A stretch of 64,000 nucleotides of DNA. It comes from an uncultured Gemmatimonadales bacterium. Its GTDB lineage: Bacteria; Gemmatimonadota; Gemmatimonadetes; Gemmatimonadales; GWC2-71-9. The stretch covers positions 1,234,496-1,298,495 of the forward strand of contig CAVPHS010000001.1 of assembly GCA_963704805.1 (NCBI GenBank), given 5' to 3'. The notes under the pieces are model-generated. The model did not search any database. It was not told the DNA's origin and saw only the letters and a list, made by a program, of their open reading frames with translations. The position numbers and the translations under genes were made by a program. Shown one piece after another: positions 30,256 to 38,950 of the stretch. Every line of letters starts with the position of its first letter. Position 1 is the stretch's first letter.

Positions 30256-31002
30256 TCACCACCGTTCCTTTGGCTTCCAAGCCGGGTCGGTGAGGTAACC
30301 GTAGAGCATCGATGCGGCGGCGGTGGGCCAATCCGCGCCGTCCTTCGGCCAGTTCGTTTTGACCAGCATAACGCCAAACGTGACCCTCAACAGATTAGCG
30401 AGCGAATCCCTTTCGGTAGTCGTCAGCTTGATGAATTCGAGCCGATGCGTCGCAGGGTTGGAGGTCACGATCCCGTCCGCAGCCTCCGCAGTGGCGACGA
30501 GAAGCATCTCGCCGTTCGCGTGCTCTTTTTGCGAAAGGGAGGCCAAGCTATCGGCCATAGTGCCGGAGCCCATCATGGGGGCGAGCTGATCGATGGCATC
30601 GAGCCCGCGCTTGAACATGTCGGCTTTGGCGCGGGTGATTCTCGCGAGGCCGTCAAACGCCTCAGCCGCCCACGAGGCACTTCTGTAGAAGCCGCTGTCC
30701 TTGGCGGTGCTCATGGAACGGCGCAGCAAGCTCGCTGCGCAGTCGTACTCGCTTGCCGTCACTCTGAATTTGTAGAGTAAATCAGTCGGATTCGTTGTCG
30801 TGTCGTCGCGGGTTGGTTCATTGTCCACGGCAGCTTTCGCATGCCGCAGACTGGCAACATAAAGTGCCGTGAAGCCAGCTGGTGTGGTTGAACCTGCCAG
30901 CGGTGGTACACACATCCACTGTGCGCCCGCGTCCCGGTTCCCCATCGGGGACAAGATGGCCGTGGCCAGGAGGGTGATGTATCGACGCGAAAGGCACCGC
31001 AT
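30256..31002 (-). CDS. hypothetical secreted protein
   Basis: The likely start is MRCLSRRYITLLATAILSP. The upstream part of the tracked ORF runs through a repeat. Confidence 0.4.
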   Translation of the reverse strand: MRCLSRRYITLLATAILSPMGNRDAGAQWMCVPPLAGSTTPAGFTALYVASLRHAKAAVDNEPTRDDTTTNPTDLLYKFRVTASEYDCAASLLRRSMSTAKDSGFYRSASWAAEAFDGLARITRAKADMFKRGLDAIDQLAPMMGSGTMADSLASLSQKEHANGEMLLVATAEAADGIVTSNPATHRLEFIKLTTTERDSLANLLRVTFGVMLVKTNWPKDGADWPTAAASMLYGYLTDPAWKPKERW

Positions 31003-31225
31003 GTCGATTGAGTCTACAACTCCCGCCACGATGCGCCAATCAATGCGGCCTACTGTCGAAAGGACCAGCCTGGTAGGGCGGCAGTCAGTCAGGGGTCTCG
31101 GTCCGGGCTGATCACCGGCGGGGCGTAGGGGGCTGCGGCATCTAGCCCGCCCCGGAGCTGAGAACGCCGCAACTTCGCCTCTCAATGCCGCAAAATCGCC
31201 CTAAACCCCGGGCCCGGGCGTTATC

Positions 31226-32422
31226 ATGATATGCCCCATGCCCACGCATCGCCCGACGATCAATCCGGCCCTGCTCGTCTGGGCGCGCCGCTCGCTGAAC
31301 CTCACCGAGGAACAGGCGGCGACGCGGGTAGGCGTGTCGCTCGACATCTTGCGCGGGTGGGAGAAAGGCGATCCGCTCCCCACAATCGCGCAACTCCGCA
31401 ACGCCGCCGAGAAGTACCGCCGGCCGCTCGGCGTATTCTTTCTGCCGACACCGCCCGCAGACCCGGCTCCCCCGCATGACTTTCGGACAGTTTCCGACCG
31501 GGAAGCCGAGGAGCTTAGTCCCGAGTTACTCGTCGAGCTGCGGCGCGCGCACTATCGCCGTCAACTCGCGCTAGAGCTGCACGAGGACCTCGAACGCCGA
31601 CCGCCGCGCTTCCAACTGCGCGCGCAGCTTGACGACGACGAGGAGGAGACGGGCCGACGTGTCCGCCACGCGCTCGGCGCTCGGCTCGCGGATCAAGAGC
31701 GGTGGCGCGAGGGGAGCGCCTTCAACGAGTGGAAGGCGCTCGTTGAGGCGCACGGGGTGCTCGTGTTCCAGGCGCGCGGCGTGTCCTTTCGCGAGGCGCG
31801 CGGGTTTTCGATTGCCGAGCACCCGTTGCCCGCCATCGTCGTCAACGGTTCGGATTTCCCCAACGCCAAGACGTTCACGCTCCTGCATGAGTTTGTGCAC
31901 CTCATGCTGCATCTCGGCGGCATCTGCGATCCGTACGCACATGTTGCCCGTGGCCGCTCTCGCAACAGCCGCGTCGAAGTGTTCTGCAACCACGTCGCGG
32001 GGGCGGCGCTCGTGCCCGCGGCGGCGCTGGTCAATCATGGTCTGGTGCAATCGAACGAGGAGCCCGAGGGATGGACGGAGGCGACGCTCGACCGGCTCGC
32101 GCGCGACTTCGCCGTTAGCTCGCTCGTCATCCTCCGCCGGCTGCTCATGCTCGGCCGGACCACAACACGCTTCTATGAGAGCTTTCAAACGCAGGTCATC
32201 GCGCGGGCGGAACGACACCGCGCCGAGCGCCCGCCGCAGGAAGGCGGACCGCCGCGGCCCGTTATGGTCGTCGCCGACTTGGGCCGAGCCTTCACCGGAA
32301 CCGTGCTCGATGCGTACAAGAGCCGCGTCATTACCGCCTCGGACGTATCGGAGTACCTCCGCGTCCGCGTTCCGCAGATCGGCGCGGTACAGGAGCGCCT
32401 TACCCTGGGCGCTGGTGAGTAA
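31226..32422 (+). CDS. XRE-type HTH fused to an ImmA/IrrE family metallopeptidase
   Basis: An N-terminal HTH (LTEEQAATRVGVSLDILRGWEKG) and the zinc motif HEFVHLMLH are present. Confidence 0.8.
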   Translation: MICPMPTHRPTINPALLVWARRSLNLTEEQAATRVGVSLDILRGWEKGDPLPTIAQLRNAAEKYRRPLGVFFLPTPPADPAPPHDFRTVSDREAEELSPELLVELRRAHYRRQLALELHEDLERRPPRFQLRAQLDDDEEETGRRVRHALGARLADQERWREGSAFNEWKALVEAHGVLVFQARGVSFREARGFSIAEHPLPAIVVNGSDFPNAKTFTLLHEFVHLMLHLGGICDPYAHVARGRSRNSRVEVFCNHVAGAALVPAAALVNHGLVQSNEEPEGWTEATLDRLARDFAVSSLVILRRLLMLGRTTTRFYESFQTQVIARAERHRAERPPQEGGPPRPVMVVADLGRAFTGTVLDAYKSRVITASDVSEYLRVRVPQIGAVQERLTLGAGE

Positions 32423-32469
32423 CGCTGTTCTCATTCGATACCAGCGCACTTATTGGCGCACATAACGAG

Positions 32470-32880
32470 TTGTATCGGCCGCAGACGTTCCCCGGTCTGT
32501 GGCGAAAGCTGGAAGCGATGATCGCCGAGGGTGAGCTGCGCTGTTCGGAGGAGGTGCTCCACGAGCTGGAGCGCCAGGACGATGACTTGCTCAAATGGGC
32601 GAAGGCTCAGAACGGCCTCTTTGTCCCAATGGACGCCGAGATTGAAGCGGCGGTCAAAACCGTCGTTGTGATTCCCAACGTCGTAAAGAACGCCTCGACC
32701 GACAACTCGGCAGACCCGTTCGTTGTGGCGGTTGGCATAGCGCGGAAGGCGACGGTTGTGAGCAGGGAGAAGCCCGGTAGCGCGCAACGCCCCAAAATCC
32801 CGTACATCTGTAGTGCGTTGAGTGTGCCTCACCAAACACTGGAGGAGTTTGTGACCGGGCAGGGGTGGTCATTTGAGTAG
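32470..32880 (+). CDS. DUF4411 (PIN-like) protein, partner of ImmA/IrrE
   Basis: The pairing is typical and the sequence fits (FPGLW...SEEVLHELERQDDDL...ADPFVVA). The conserved-looking N-terminus (LFSFDTSALIGAHNEL) extends upstream to about 32425 with no ATG/GTG/TTG. Confidence 0.65.
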   Translation: MYRPQTFPGLWRKLEAMIAEGELRCSEEVLHELERQDDDLLKWAKAQNGLFVPMDAEIEAAVKTVVVIPNVVKNASTDNSADPFVVAVGIARKATVVSREKPGSAQRPKIPYICSALSVPHQTLEEFVTGQGWSFE

Positions 32881-32901
32881 CTACTCCGCGAGGAGGCATT
32901 A

Positions 32902-33924
32902 GTGGGAGACTGTCTGTATTGCGGGAAACCCGCCGGTTGGTTCCGCTCAAAGCACAAAGAGTGCGAGACCAAAAACCAGATAGGCCGCGAACAGATCGTC
33001 GCGCTCGCTCAGCGGGCCGTCAGAGACGGGAGCGACCTGACCGCCGTTCAGAGCGAGGTCGGGCGACTGGCGGCAACCGCCTTCGTCCCCCCGGATGAAC
33101 TGCCCAAGTTGTGGCTGACGGCGTGGGAGAACGCCGTGCAAAGCGCGTTGGAGGATAACGTAGTCACAGCCGACGAGGAAAAAGCACTCGTTCGGGCGGC
33201 GGAGCACCTCGGCTGGAAACAAGAAGACTTCTACACTAACGGCGCGTTCGTGAAGCTCGTGCAGGCAGGTGTGTTGCGGGACCTCATGGAGGGAAAACTT
33301 CCTGCGAGGTTTGAAGTCAAAGGACAGCTACCATTCAACTTCCAAAAAGGCGAGGAATTGCTCTGGGCGTTCCCCGGCGTGAAGTACTTCGAAACGCGGA
33401 TGCGACGGACGTTCGTCGGCGGTTCGCAAGGATTCAGCGTGCGGGTTGCGCGCGGCGTCTATTACCGGGTCGGAGGTTTTCGGGGCGAGGCCATACAGAA
33501 TCCCGAGACCGTGTTGGTGGACACGGGAACGCTCGGTGTGACGCAGAAGCACCTCTACTTTGCCGGGCCGTTGAAAAGTTTTCGAGTGCGGTTCGACAAG
33601 ATCGTGTCGTTTACGCCGTATTCCGACGGAATCGGCTTTCAGCGAGACGCGTTGACGGCGAAGCCCCAGGCGTTGCTCACTGGCGACGGGTGGTTCATTT
33701 ACAATCTGGTCACAAACCTCGCCAGCATGGAAACAGAGGAGCCGTCGAACGTGGAGCGACGCGCCCGGAAGTTTATTCCCGCTCGGGTGGAAATTGAGGA
33801 AGAAGCACCGGCACCGACCTGGACAAGATGTTCTCGCTCGCAATTGTCGGTGAATCACACTATCAGGACGCGCTGGAAGCAATCTGCGGCGAGCGGGACG
33901 ACGATGGCGTTGACCGCGTCGTGA
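32902..33924 (+). CDS. hypothetical protein with an N-terminal zinc ribbon
   Basis: CLYCGKPAGWFRSKHKEC is present. The 3' end overlaps the HIRAN ORF by about 97 nt in another frame. Confidence 0.4.
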   Translation: MGDCLYCGKPAGWFRSKHKECETKNQIGREQIVALAQRAVRDGSDLTAVQSEVGRLAATAFVPPDELPKLWLTAWENAVQSALEDNVVTADEEKALVRAAEHLGWKQEDFYTNGAFVKLVQAGVLRDLMEGKLPARFEVKGQLPFNFQKGEELLWAFPGVKYFETRMRRTFVGGSQGFSVRVARGVYYRVGGFRGEAIQNPETVLVDTGTLGVTQKHLYFAGPLKSFRVRFDKIVSFTPYSDGIGFQRDALTAKPQALLTGDGWFIYNLVTNLASMETEEPSNVERRARKFIPARVEIEEEAPAPTWTRCSRSQLSVNHTIRTRWKQSAASGTTMALTAS

Positions 33925-34169
33925 ACGCGTCGCTCGTGCTGGAAGGCTCCAACCCCTACGATCCGCAGGCGGTTCGTGTCGACATCGACGGCAAGACAGT
34001 GGGCTACCTGAGCCGACCTACCGCCCGCGCCTTCCGCCAACAGGTTGCAGCTGGCCAACCCGAAGGAACAGCGTTGCCGTGTAAGGCTAGGATCAAAGGC
34101 GGTTGGGATCGCGGCCCGGAGGACCAAGGCCAATTCGGCGTCTGGCTCAACCTGTCGTTGGAAGGCTGA
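33828..34169 (+). CDS. HIRAN domain protein
   Basis: IVGESHYQDAL...NPYDPQAVRV...GKTVGYL is present. Confidence 0.7.
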   Translation: MFSLAIVGESHYQDALEAICGERDDDGVDRVVNASLVLEGSNPYDPQAVRVDIDGKTVGYLSRPTARAFRQQVAAGQPEGTALPCKARIKGGWDRGPEDQGQFGVWLNLSLEG

Positions 34170-34389
34170 CCAGCGACGCCGAGACTTTTGGTAGTTTTGG
34201 CACTACAAAATCGGAGAATCTTCTACTTGCAGCCGTTCGGCTGCTCACTAAATTGCGTCTTACCATAGCGGCATCGGCCGCGTGACTGGCGGACCCCTCG
34301 CTCCGGCGGAGCGAGGACACAGCCGCAAGACCTCAGTGACTGCCACTTGGAGCCAACTGCTCCGGGTGGCTTTCGTTTTTGGGGGGACA

Positions 34390-34584
34390 ATGCCCGCAAC
34401 GCGCCTACATCGTCTGACCATTCGGTTTCGTGGGCAAGAGGCGCAGCTCGTCAAGGTCGTCGCCGGGCGTCAGGGATTGTCGTTCGCCGAGTGGGCGCGC
34501 GCGGCGTTGCTGCGTCATGCGCAGCTCGAACTCGACCCGGCACCGGTGAACGGTCGCCGCGCCGAGCCGAGCCGGCAGGCCTGA
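34390..34584 (+). CDS. ribbon-helix-helix (CopG-like) DNA-binding protein
   Basis: RLTIRFRGQEAQLVKVVAGRQGLSFAEWARAALL is present. Confidence 0.5.
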   Translation: MPATRLHRLTIRFRGQEAQLVKVVAGRQGLSFAEWARAALLRHAQLELDPAPVNGRRAEPSRQA

Positions 34585-34585
34585 C

Positions 34586-35971
34586 GTGCCTGACGGCGAC
34601 TTGTTTCTCGCGCTGCGCGAAGCTCTTGGAAGCGTGGAGGGCGAGAACAACGGCCACTTCACAGCACAGTGTCCGGCAGGTGATCATCGGCTCGTGGTCC
34701 GCCGTGGTCCCGACCGGAGCGCGTTCGTCGCGTGTCCGACCTGCGGTAGCGCTGCCGGACCCGCGCTCGCCCACCTGCTCGATGTGCCCGTACACGTCGC
34801 GCCGACAGCGGCGGACACGAATCACCGTGCGGATGCGCCCCGGAGACCCGCGCGCGTGCCTGACCGCTTGACGCATATCCGCCACTTTCTCGCCGAGCCT
34901 GACGACCCGGTGTCGTGGATCGTGGACGGCCTGCTGCCCGCGGGCGGGATGTCGGTGCTCGCTGGAAAGCCGAAGGGCGGCAAGAGCACGCTCGCGCGCG
35001 CGATGGTCCTCCGGGTCTGCCGGGGTGAGCCAATCCTGGGCCGCATCACGACGGCAGGGCCGGTGATTTACTTGGGCATCGAGGACCCGCGCCGCGTGAC
35101 GAAGAATCATTTGCGCACGCTTGGCGCTCGACCCGACGACGATCTGTACGTGTTCACGGGGCACCGTCCCGACGAGGCGGTGCTGTGGCTGGAAGATGTT
35201 CTGGCGACGGTGGACCCGGTGCTCGTCGTAGTTGACACGCTCCAGCATCTGCTCGGCGTGAGCGACCTCAACGACTACGCGCGGGTCGTCGCCGCGCTCG
35301 GTCCAGTGTTGGCGCTCGTGCGGCCACGCCGGGCGCACATGCTGCTGATTCACCACGCCGGCAAGGGTGACCGCACGGGCTTCGACGCAATTCTCGGTTC
35401 CACGGCGATTGTCGGGACCGTGGACGTGGCGCTCTTGCTCAAGCGCGGAGCGGACAACGTCCGCACCCTGACCTCGCTGCAACGCACCGGCGAGGACCTG
35501 CCCGAGCGCGTCGTAACGCTCAACGATCAGCAGGAGCCTCAGCTCGGCCCCGCGAAAGAGGCATACGACACGCAACAGGCCGGGGAACGCGTGCTCGCGT
35601 GGCTCCGCACGCAGACCGAGCCGGTGACCCGAAAGGCCGTCGAGGAAACCGTCGAGGGTCGCGCCGAGCTGGTCCGCGGGGCGCTGTACCAACTCGTGCG
35701 GGACGACAAGGTGACGCGGACCGGCGGCGGGAGGCCGGGCGACCCTTACCTGTTCTCGTGTCCGCGTGTCCCTGTGTCCGGGCCTATACCGGGACACGCG
35801 GACACGACGTCGCAAACGGGCGAAACGTCCCGCGCTTCTGCCACTTCCTCGTGTCCCGTTAATCCGGCAACCGCGTCGCCCCAGGACACAATCCGTGACG
35901 CGAATTCTGGCGATGCCGCCGAGCCCGACGGTCCGGCGGACACGTCGTTTGACTTCCCGAGGGAGGATTGA
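34586..35971 (+). CDS. RepA/AAA_25-like replicative ATPase with an N-terminal zinc finger
   Basis: Walker A (AGKPKGGKST), Walker B (VLVVVDTLQ), LLIHHAGKG and CPAGDH...CPTCG are present. Confidence 0.7.
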   Translation: MPDGDLFLALREALGSVEGENNGHFTAQCPAGDHRLVVRRGPDRSAFVACPTCGSAAGPALAHLLDVPVHVAPTAADTNHRADAPRRPARVPDRLTHIRHFLAEPDDPVSWIVDGLLPAGGMSVLAGKPKGGKSTLARAMVLRVCRGEPILGRITTAGPVIYLGIEDPRRVTKNHLRTLGARPDDDLYVFTGHRPDEAVLWLEDVLATVDPVLVVVDTLQHLLGVSDLNDYARVVAALGPVLALVRPRRAHMLLIHHAGKGDRTGFDAILGSTAIVGTVDVALLLKRGADNVRTLTSLQRTGEDLPERVVTLNDQQEPQLGPAKEAYDTQQAGERVLAWLRTQTEPVTRKAVEETVEGRAELVRGALYQLVRDDKVTRTGGGRPGDPYLFSCPRVPVSGPIPGHADTTSQTGETSRASATSSCPVNPATASPQDTIRDANSGDAAEPDGPADTSFDFPRED

Positions 35972-36666
35972 TGCCGATGCCCAACAACCTGAAATCGCTG
36001 ATCAAACATCGCGACGCCGCGGCTGCGAAGGTGGCCGCGCTGGAAGCGCGCCGCGCGGAGCGGCGGCGCGAGCACGCGACACTCACCGACGACATCGCGG
36101 CGCTGGACGAGCAGCTCGTCACCGCGGACGCCGCGGGCGAGGCGGTCACGGTGCTGGAGGCCGAGCGTGCGCAGCGGCTGCAGCGCCAGCGCGACCTCGC
36201 GGCCGTCCTGCCGCTCTTGGAGCAGCAGCTCGCCGAAGCGCGCGCCGAGTTGCACGCGGCCCGCCTCCAGGTGGGGGGCGCGCAGCTCGCGGCGGACGAG
36301 CGCGCGCTCATTGCGGACGGGCTCGCGTTCGCGGAGGAATTCGGTCGTGACGTGCTCGCGGTCTACGGGCCGCGTGCGACGGAGTTACTCAGCCGCCTGG
36401 AGCACCTGGGGCGGGACGAGCATGAGGTAGACCAACTGAACGGCCGCCGCGCCCGCGGCTGGACGGCGCGGGACCGCTTCATCCGCGACACGCGGCTGCT
36501 CATGCAGCAACTCATCGTCCTATGCGAGTGGGCACACGGCCGGCCGACGCAGCTCGACCGGTCGCAGCCTGCCGAGTCGGACCGGCCAGAGACTGAGTTG
36601 GACCGGCGGCTACGGCTGCACTCGACCGTCGCTGAGGCGTCGCGTCGGCTGGGATTGTCACGCTGA
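35968..36666 (+). CDS. coiled-coil hypothetical protein
   Basis: It overlaps the upstream stop. The N-terminal half is heptad-rich. Confidence 0.45.
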   Translation: MMPMPNNLKSLIKHRDAAAAKVAALEARRAERRREHATLTDDIAALDEQLVTADAAGEAVTVLEAERAQRLQRQRDLAAVLPLLEQQLAEARAELHAARLQVGGAQLAADERALIADGLAFAEEFGRDVLAVYGPRATELLSRLEHLGRDEHEVDQLNGRRARGWTARDRFIRDTRLLMQQLIVLCEWAHGRPTQLDRSQPAESDRPETELDRRLRLHSTVAEASRRLGLSR

Positions 36667-36696
36667 AGTAGTGAACCTGAAACAGAGGAGCGAGTC

Positions 36697-36915
36697 ATGG
36701 CATTCACGAAACCTGTTCGCCGGGCGATGTGGCATTTGGACCGGCGACTCCGCGCGTACAAGAGAGCCGTCACGCAGCACCTCGCCAACCTGGACGCGAC
36801 GATCGCCGAGAACGGAGGCGAAGCAGATGCCGAGATCGTCGCTGGCTGGACGGCTCCGGAGTTTCTGGCCGGGTTCAAGGCGCTGCGCGATGCCCTGAAA
36901 AACTTCCCGGCCTGA
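36697..36915 (+). CDS. hypothetical protein (72 aa)
   Basis: The ORF is preceded by GAGGAG. No motif was recognised. Confidence 0.35.
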   Translation: MAFTKPVRRAMWHLDRRLRAYKRAVTQHLANLDATIAENGGEADAEIVAGWTAPEFLAGFKALRDALKNFPA

Positions 36916-36922
36916 GCATTGT

Positions 36923-37252
36923 GTGACGAGTGCCGAGCTGGCCGAGCTGACCAAGCTGGTCGCGTTCTGGCGCGAGCAGGCCGCCGCCTACGAACAAGAC
37001 GGCCAGCCCGGCACGGCCTTGCTCCGCAGAGTGGCCACCGAGCTGGACGAGGCGGTGCGGGGCCTCGGCCTGGAGGAGTTGACGGTGGCGCAGGCGGCGG
37101 CGGAGAGCGGTTACAGCGCCTCGCAGCTCCGGCGGCGGTTCCCGGGCCAGCGGACAATCCGCCGGGCGGACCTGCCCCGGAAGGGGCGGCACGGTGGGCC
37201 GGACCTGGCGGGGGCCGTCTTGCGAGGGACCTACCATGGTGGTAGGTTATAG
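36923..37252 (+). CDS. HTH protein, excisionase-like
   Basis: LTVAQAAAESGYSASQLRRRF is present. The gene lies near the integrase. Confidence 0.45.
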   Translation: MTSAELAELTKLVAFWREQAAAYEQDGQPGTALLRRVATELDEAVRGLGLEELTVAQAAAESGYSASQLRRRFPGQRTIRRADLPRKGRHGGPDLAGAVLRGTYHGGRL

Positions 37253-37257
37253 GGACG

Positions 37258-37530
37258 ATGACCCTACAGAATGTTGTCCGCCAAGCGATTGCCGACGCCC
37301 CGCGCTCTTTGCGTTCGTTGCGGGCGTTGGCCAAGGCCGCCGGTATCTCGCACGTCACCCTGATGCGTATTCGCGATGGGGACGAGCCAGCGAGTGCGCG
37401 CGTCGCCGCAAAGCTCGCCCAGGTGCTTGATGCCTGGGCGGCCGAGCACGCGCGCGATGCCGAGAAGTGTGCGCGGTCCTCCTCGCGGATTCGGACGGCG
37501 TTGCGGGGTTCGACAGGGAGGGCAGAATGA
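37258..37530 (+). CDS. HTH DNA-binding protein
   Basis: LRALAKAAGISHVTLMRIRDG is present. It overlaps the integrase start by ATGA. Confidence 0.45.
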   Translation: MTLQNVVRQAIADAPRSLRSLRALAKAAGISHVTLMRIRDGDEPASARVAAKLAQVLDAWAAEHARDAEKCARSSSRIRTALRGSTGRAE

Positions 37531-38819
37531 CCACGACAGCAGCACAGCTCCCCACCGCCAAGACTCGACGCCGCACGCGCTGGTCGTGGTCGGTCGGAGA
37601 GTACGGCGAGCGCGTCCTCGTGTTCGAGGAGCGGAACGGGCGCCTGTACGGCCAGATTCGCGGCCGCCGCGTCGCGCTTGGCCACAAGGACCGCGACCGG
37701 GCGAAGACGTGGGCGAAGGATCAGGAGAAGCAGCTCCGCGACGGGCTCGCGACCGCGGCCGACCCGACGCCGACCGTCGCCAAGGTGTTCGCGGCGTACC
37801 TCGCGGCGCGCGCGGAGCAGGACCTCTCCGCCACGTCGCGGTACGTGGACGAGCGGTGCGGCGGCCGCCTGCCCGATCCCAAGGTGCCCGGCGACGCAGG
37901 CGACCCCGGCCTGTTCGCCCGCGTGCTCGGCGCGGGCCGCGACCTCTCCAAGCTCACGCTCGGCGAGTGGCAGCACTTCATCCGCCAGCGGCTGACCGGC
38001 GCCGTGGACGCGTGGGGCCGGGACGTGCCCGCCCCGGTGACGCCCGAGGACGCGAAGCGGCGACCGGTCCGCGCCCGCACGGTGGAGGCCGACTGCGAGT
38101 GGCTCGCGATTGTCTGCAACTGGGCGACCGAGTGGGAGGACCGCGAGACCGGCCAGCCGCTCCTCCGCGAGCATCCGCTCAAGCGGGAGCGCTTCCGCGA
38201 CGCCGTGCCGCACGAGCAGAACCCGCGTCGGCCGGTCGCGACGCAGGACCGCTACGAGGCCATCGTGGCCAAGGCGGCGACCGTGCACCCGTACCTCGTG
38301 CCTCTGCTCGCCATCGTGAACGGCGCGGGCCGCCGCATCTCCGCGGTGCTCCAGCTTCGCTACGAGGACGTGCGGCTCGCCAAGACGGCGGGCGCGCCCT
38401 ACGGCGCGATTCAGTGGCCGGGGGAGTCGGACAAGATGGGGAAGGCGTGGGCCGCGCCGATCAACGCCGCGGTGCGCGCGACGCTCGACGCAGTGCTCGC
38501 CGCGCGGCCCGGACTCGGCGGGGCGTACCTGTTTCCGTCGCCGATGGACCCGGCGCAGCCGATGGACCGGTGGTTCGCCTCGAAGCTGCTGCGCCGCGCC
38601 GAGCGGCTCGCCAAAGTGCCGAAGCACCACGGCTCACTCTGGCACGCCTACCGGCGGAAGTGGGGCACGGAGCGGAAGCACCTGCCGGTCCAGGACGTGG
38701 CGCAGGCGGGCGGATGGAAAAACACGGCGACGCTGGAGACGATTTACCAGCAGCCCGACGAGGCGACGCTCTACCGCGTCGTGTCCGAGCCAGCCGAATT
38801 GCGGGAAGCGCACGCGTGA
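37527..38819 (+). CDS. tyrosine-type site-specific integrase
   Basis: The C-terminal catalytic region (LWHAYRRKW...GGWKNTATLETIYQQ) is present. The gene ends 131 nt before attR. Confidence 0.85.
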   Translation: MTTTAAQLPTAKTRRRTRWSWSVGEYGERVLVFEERNGRLYGQIRGRRVALGHKDRDRAKTWAKDQEKQLRDGLATAADPTPTVAKVFAAYLAARAEQDLSATSRYVDERCGGRLPDPKVPGDAGDPGLFARVLGAGRDLSKLTLGEWQHFIRQRLTGAVDAWGRDVPAPVTPEDAKRRPVRARTVEADCEWLAIVCNWATEWEDRETGQPLLREHPLKRERFRDAVPHEQNPRRPVATQDRYEAIVAKAATVHPYLVPLLAIVNGAGRRISAVLQLRYEDVRLAKTAGAPYGAIQWPGESDKMGKAWAAPINAAVRATLDAVLAARPGLGGAYLFPSPMDPAQPMDRWFASKLLRRAERLAKVPKHHGSLWHAYRRKWGTERKHLPVQDVAQAGGWKNTATLETIYQQPDEATLYRVVSEPAELREAHA

Positions 38820-38950
38820 GCGCGCTCCGCTATTTCCTCCGCCAAGTCTTGCGCGCATCCTGCGTGTCTAGCGTGCGGCGCGCGCGTATGGCGCGCATCG
38901 TTGAGCACGAACCCGCGCACGATGCGCGAATCCGGCGCCACCGGCGACGG

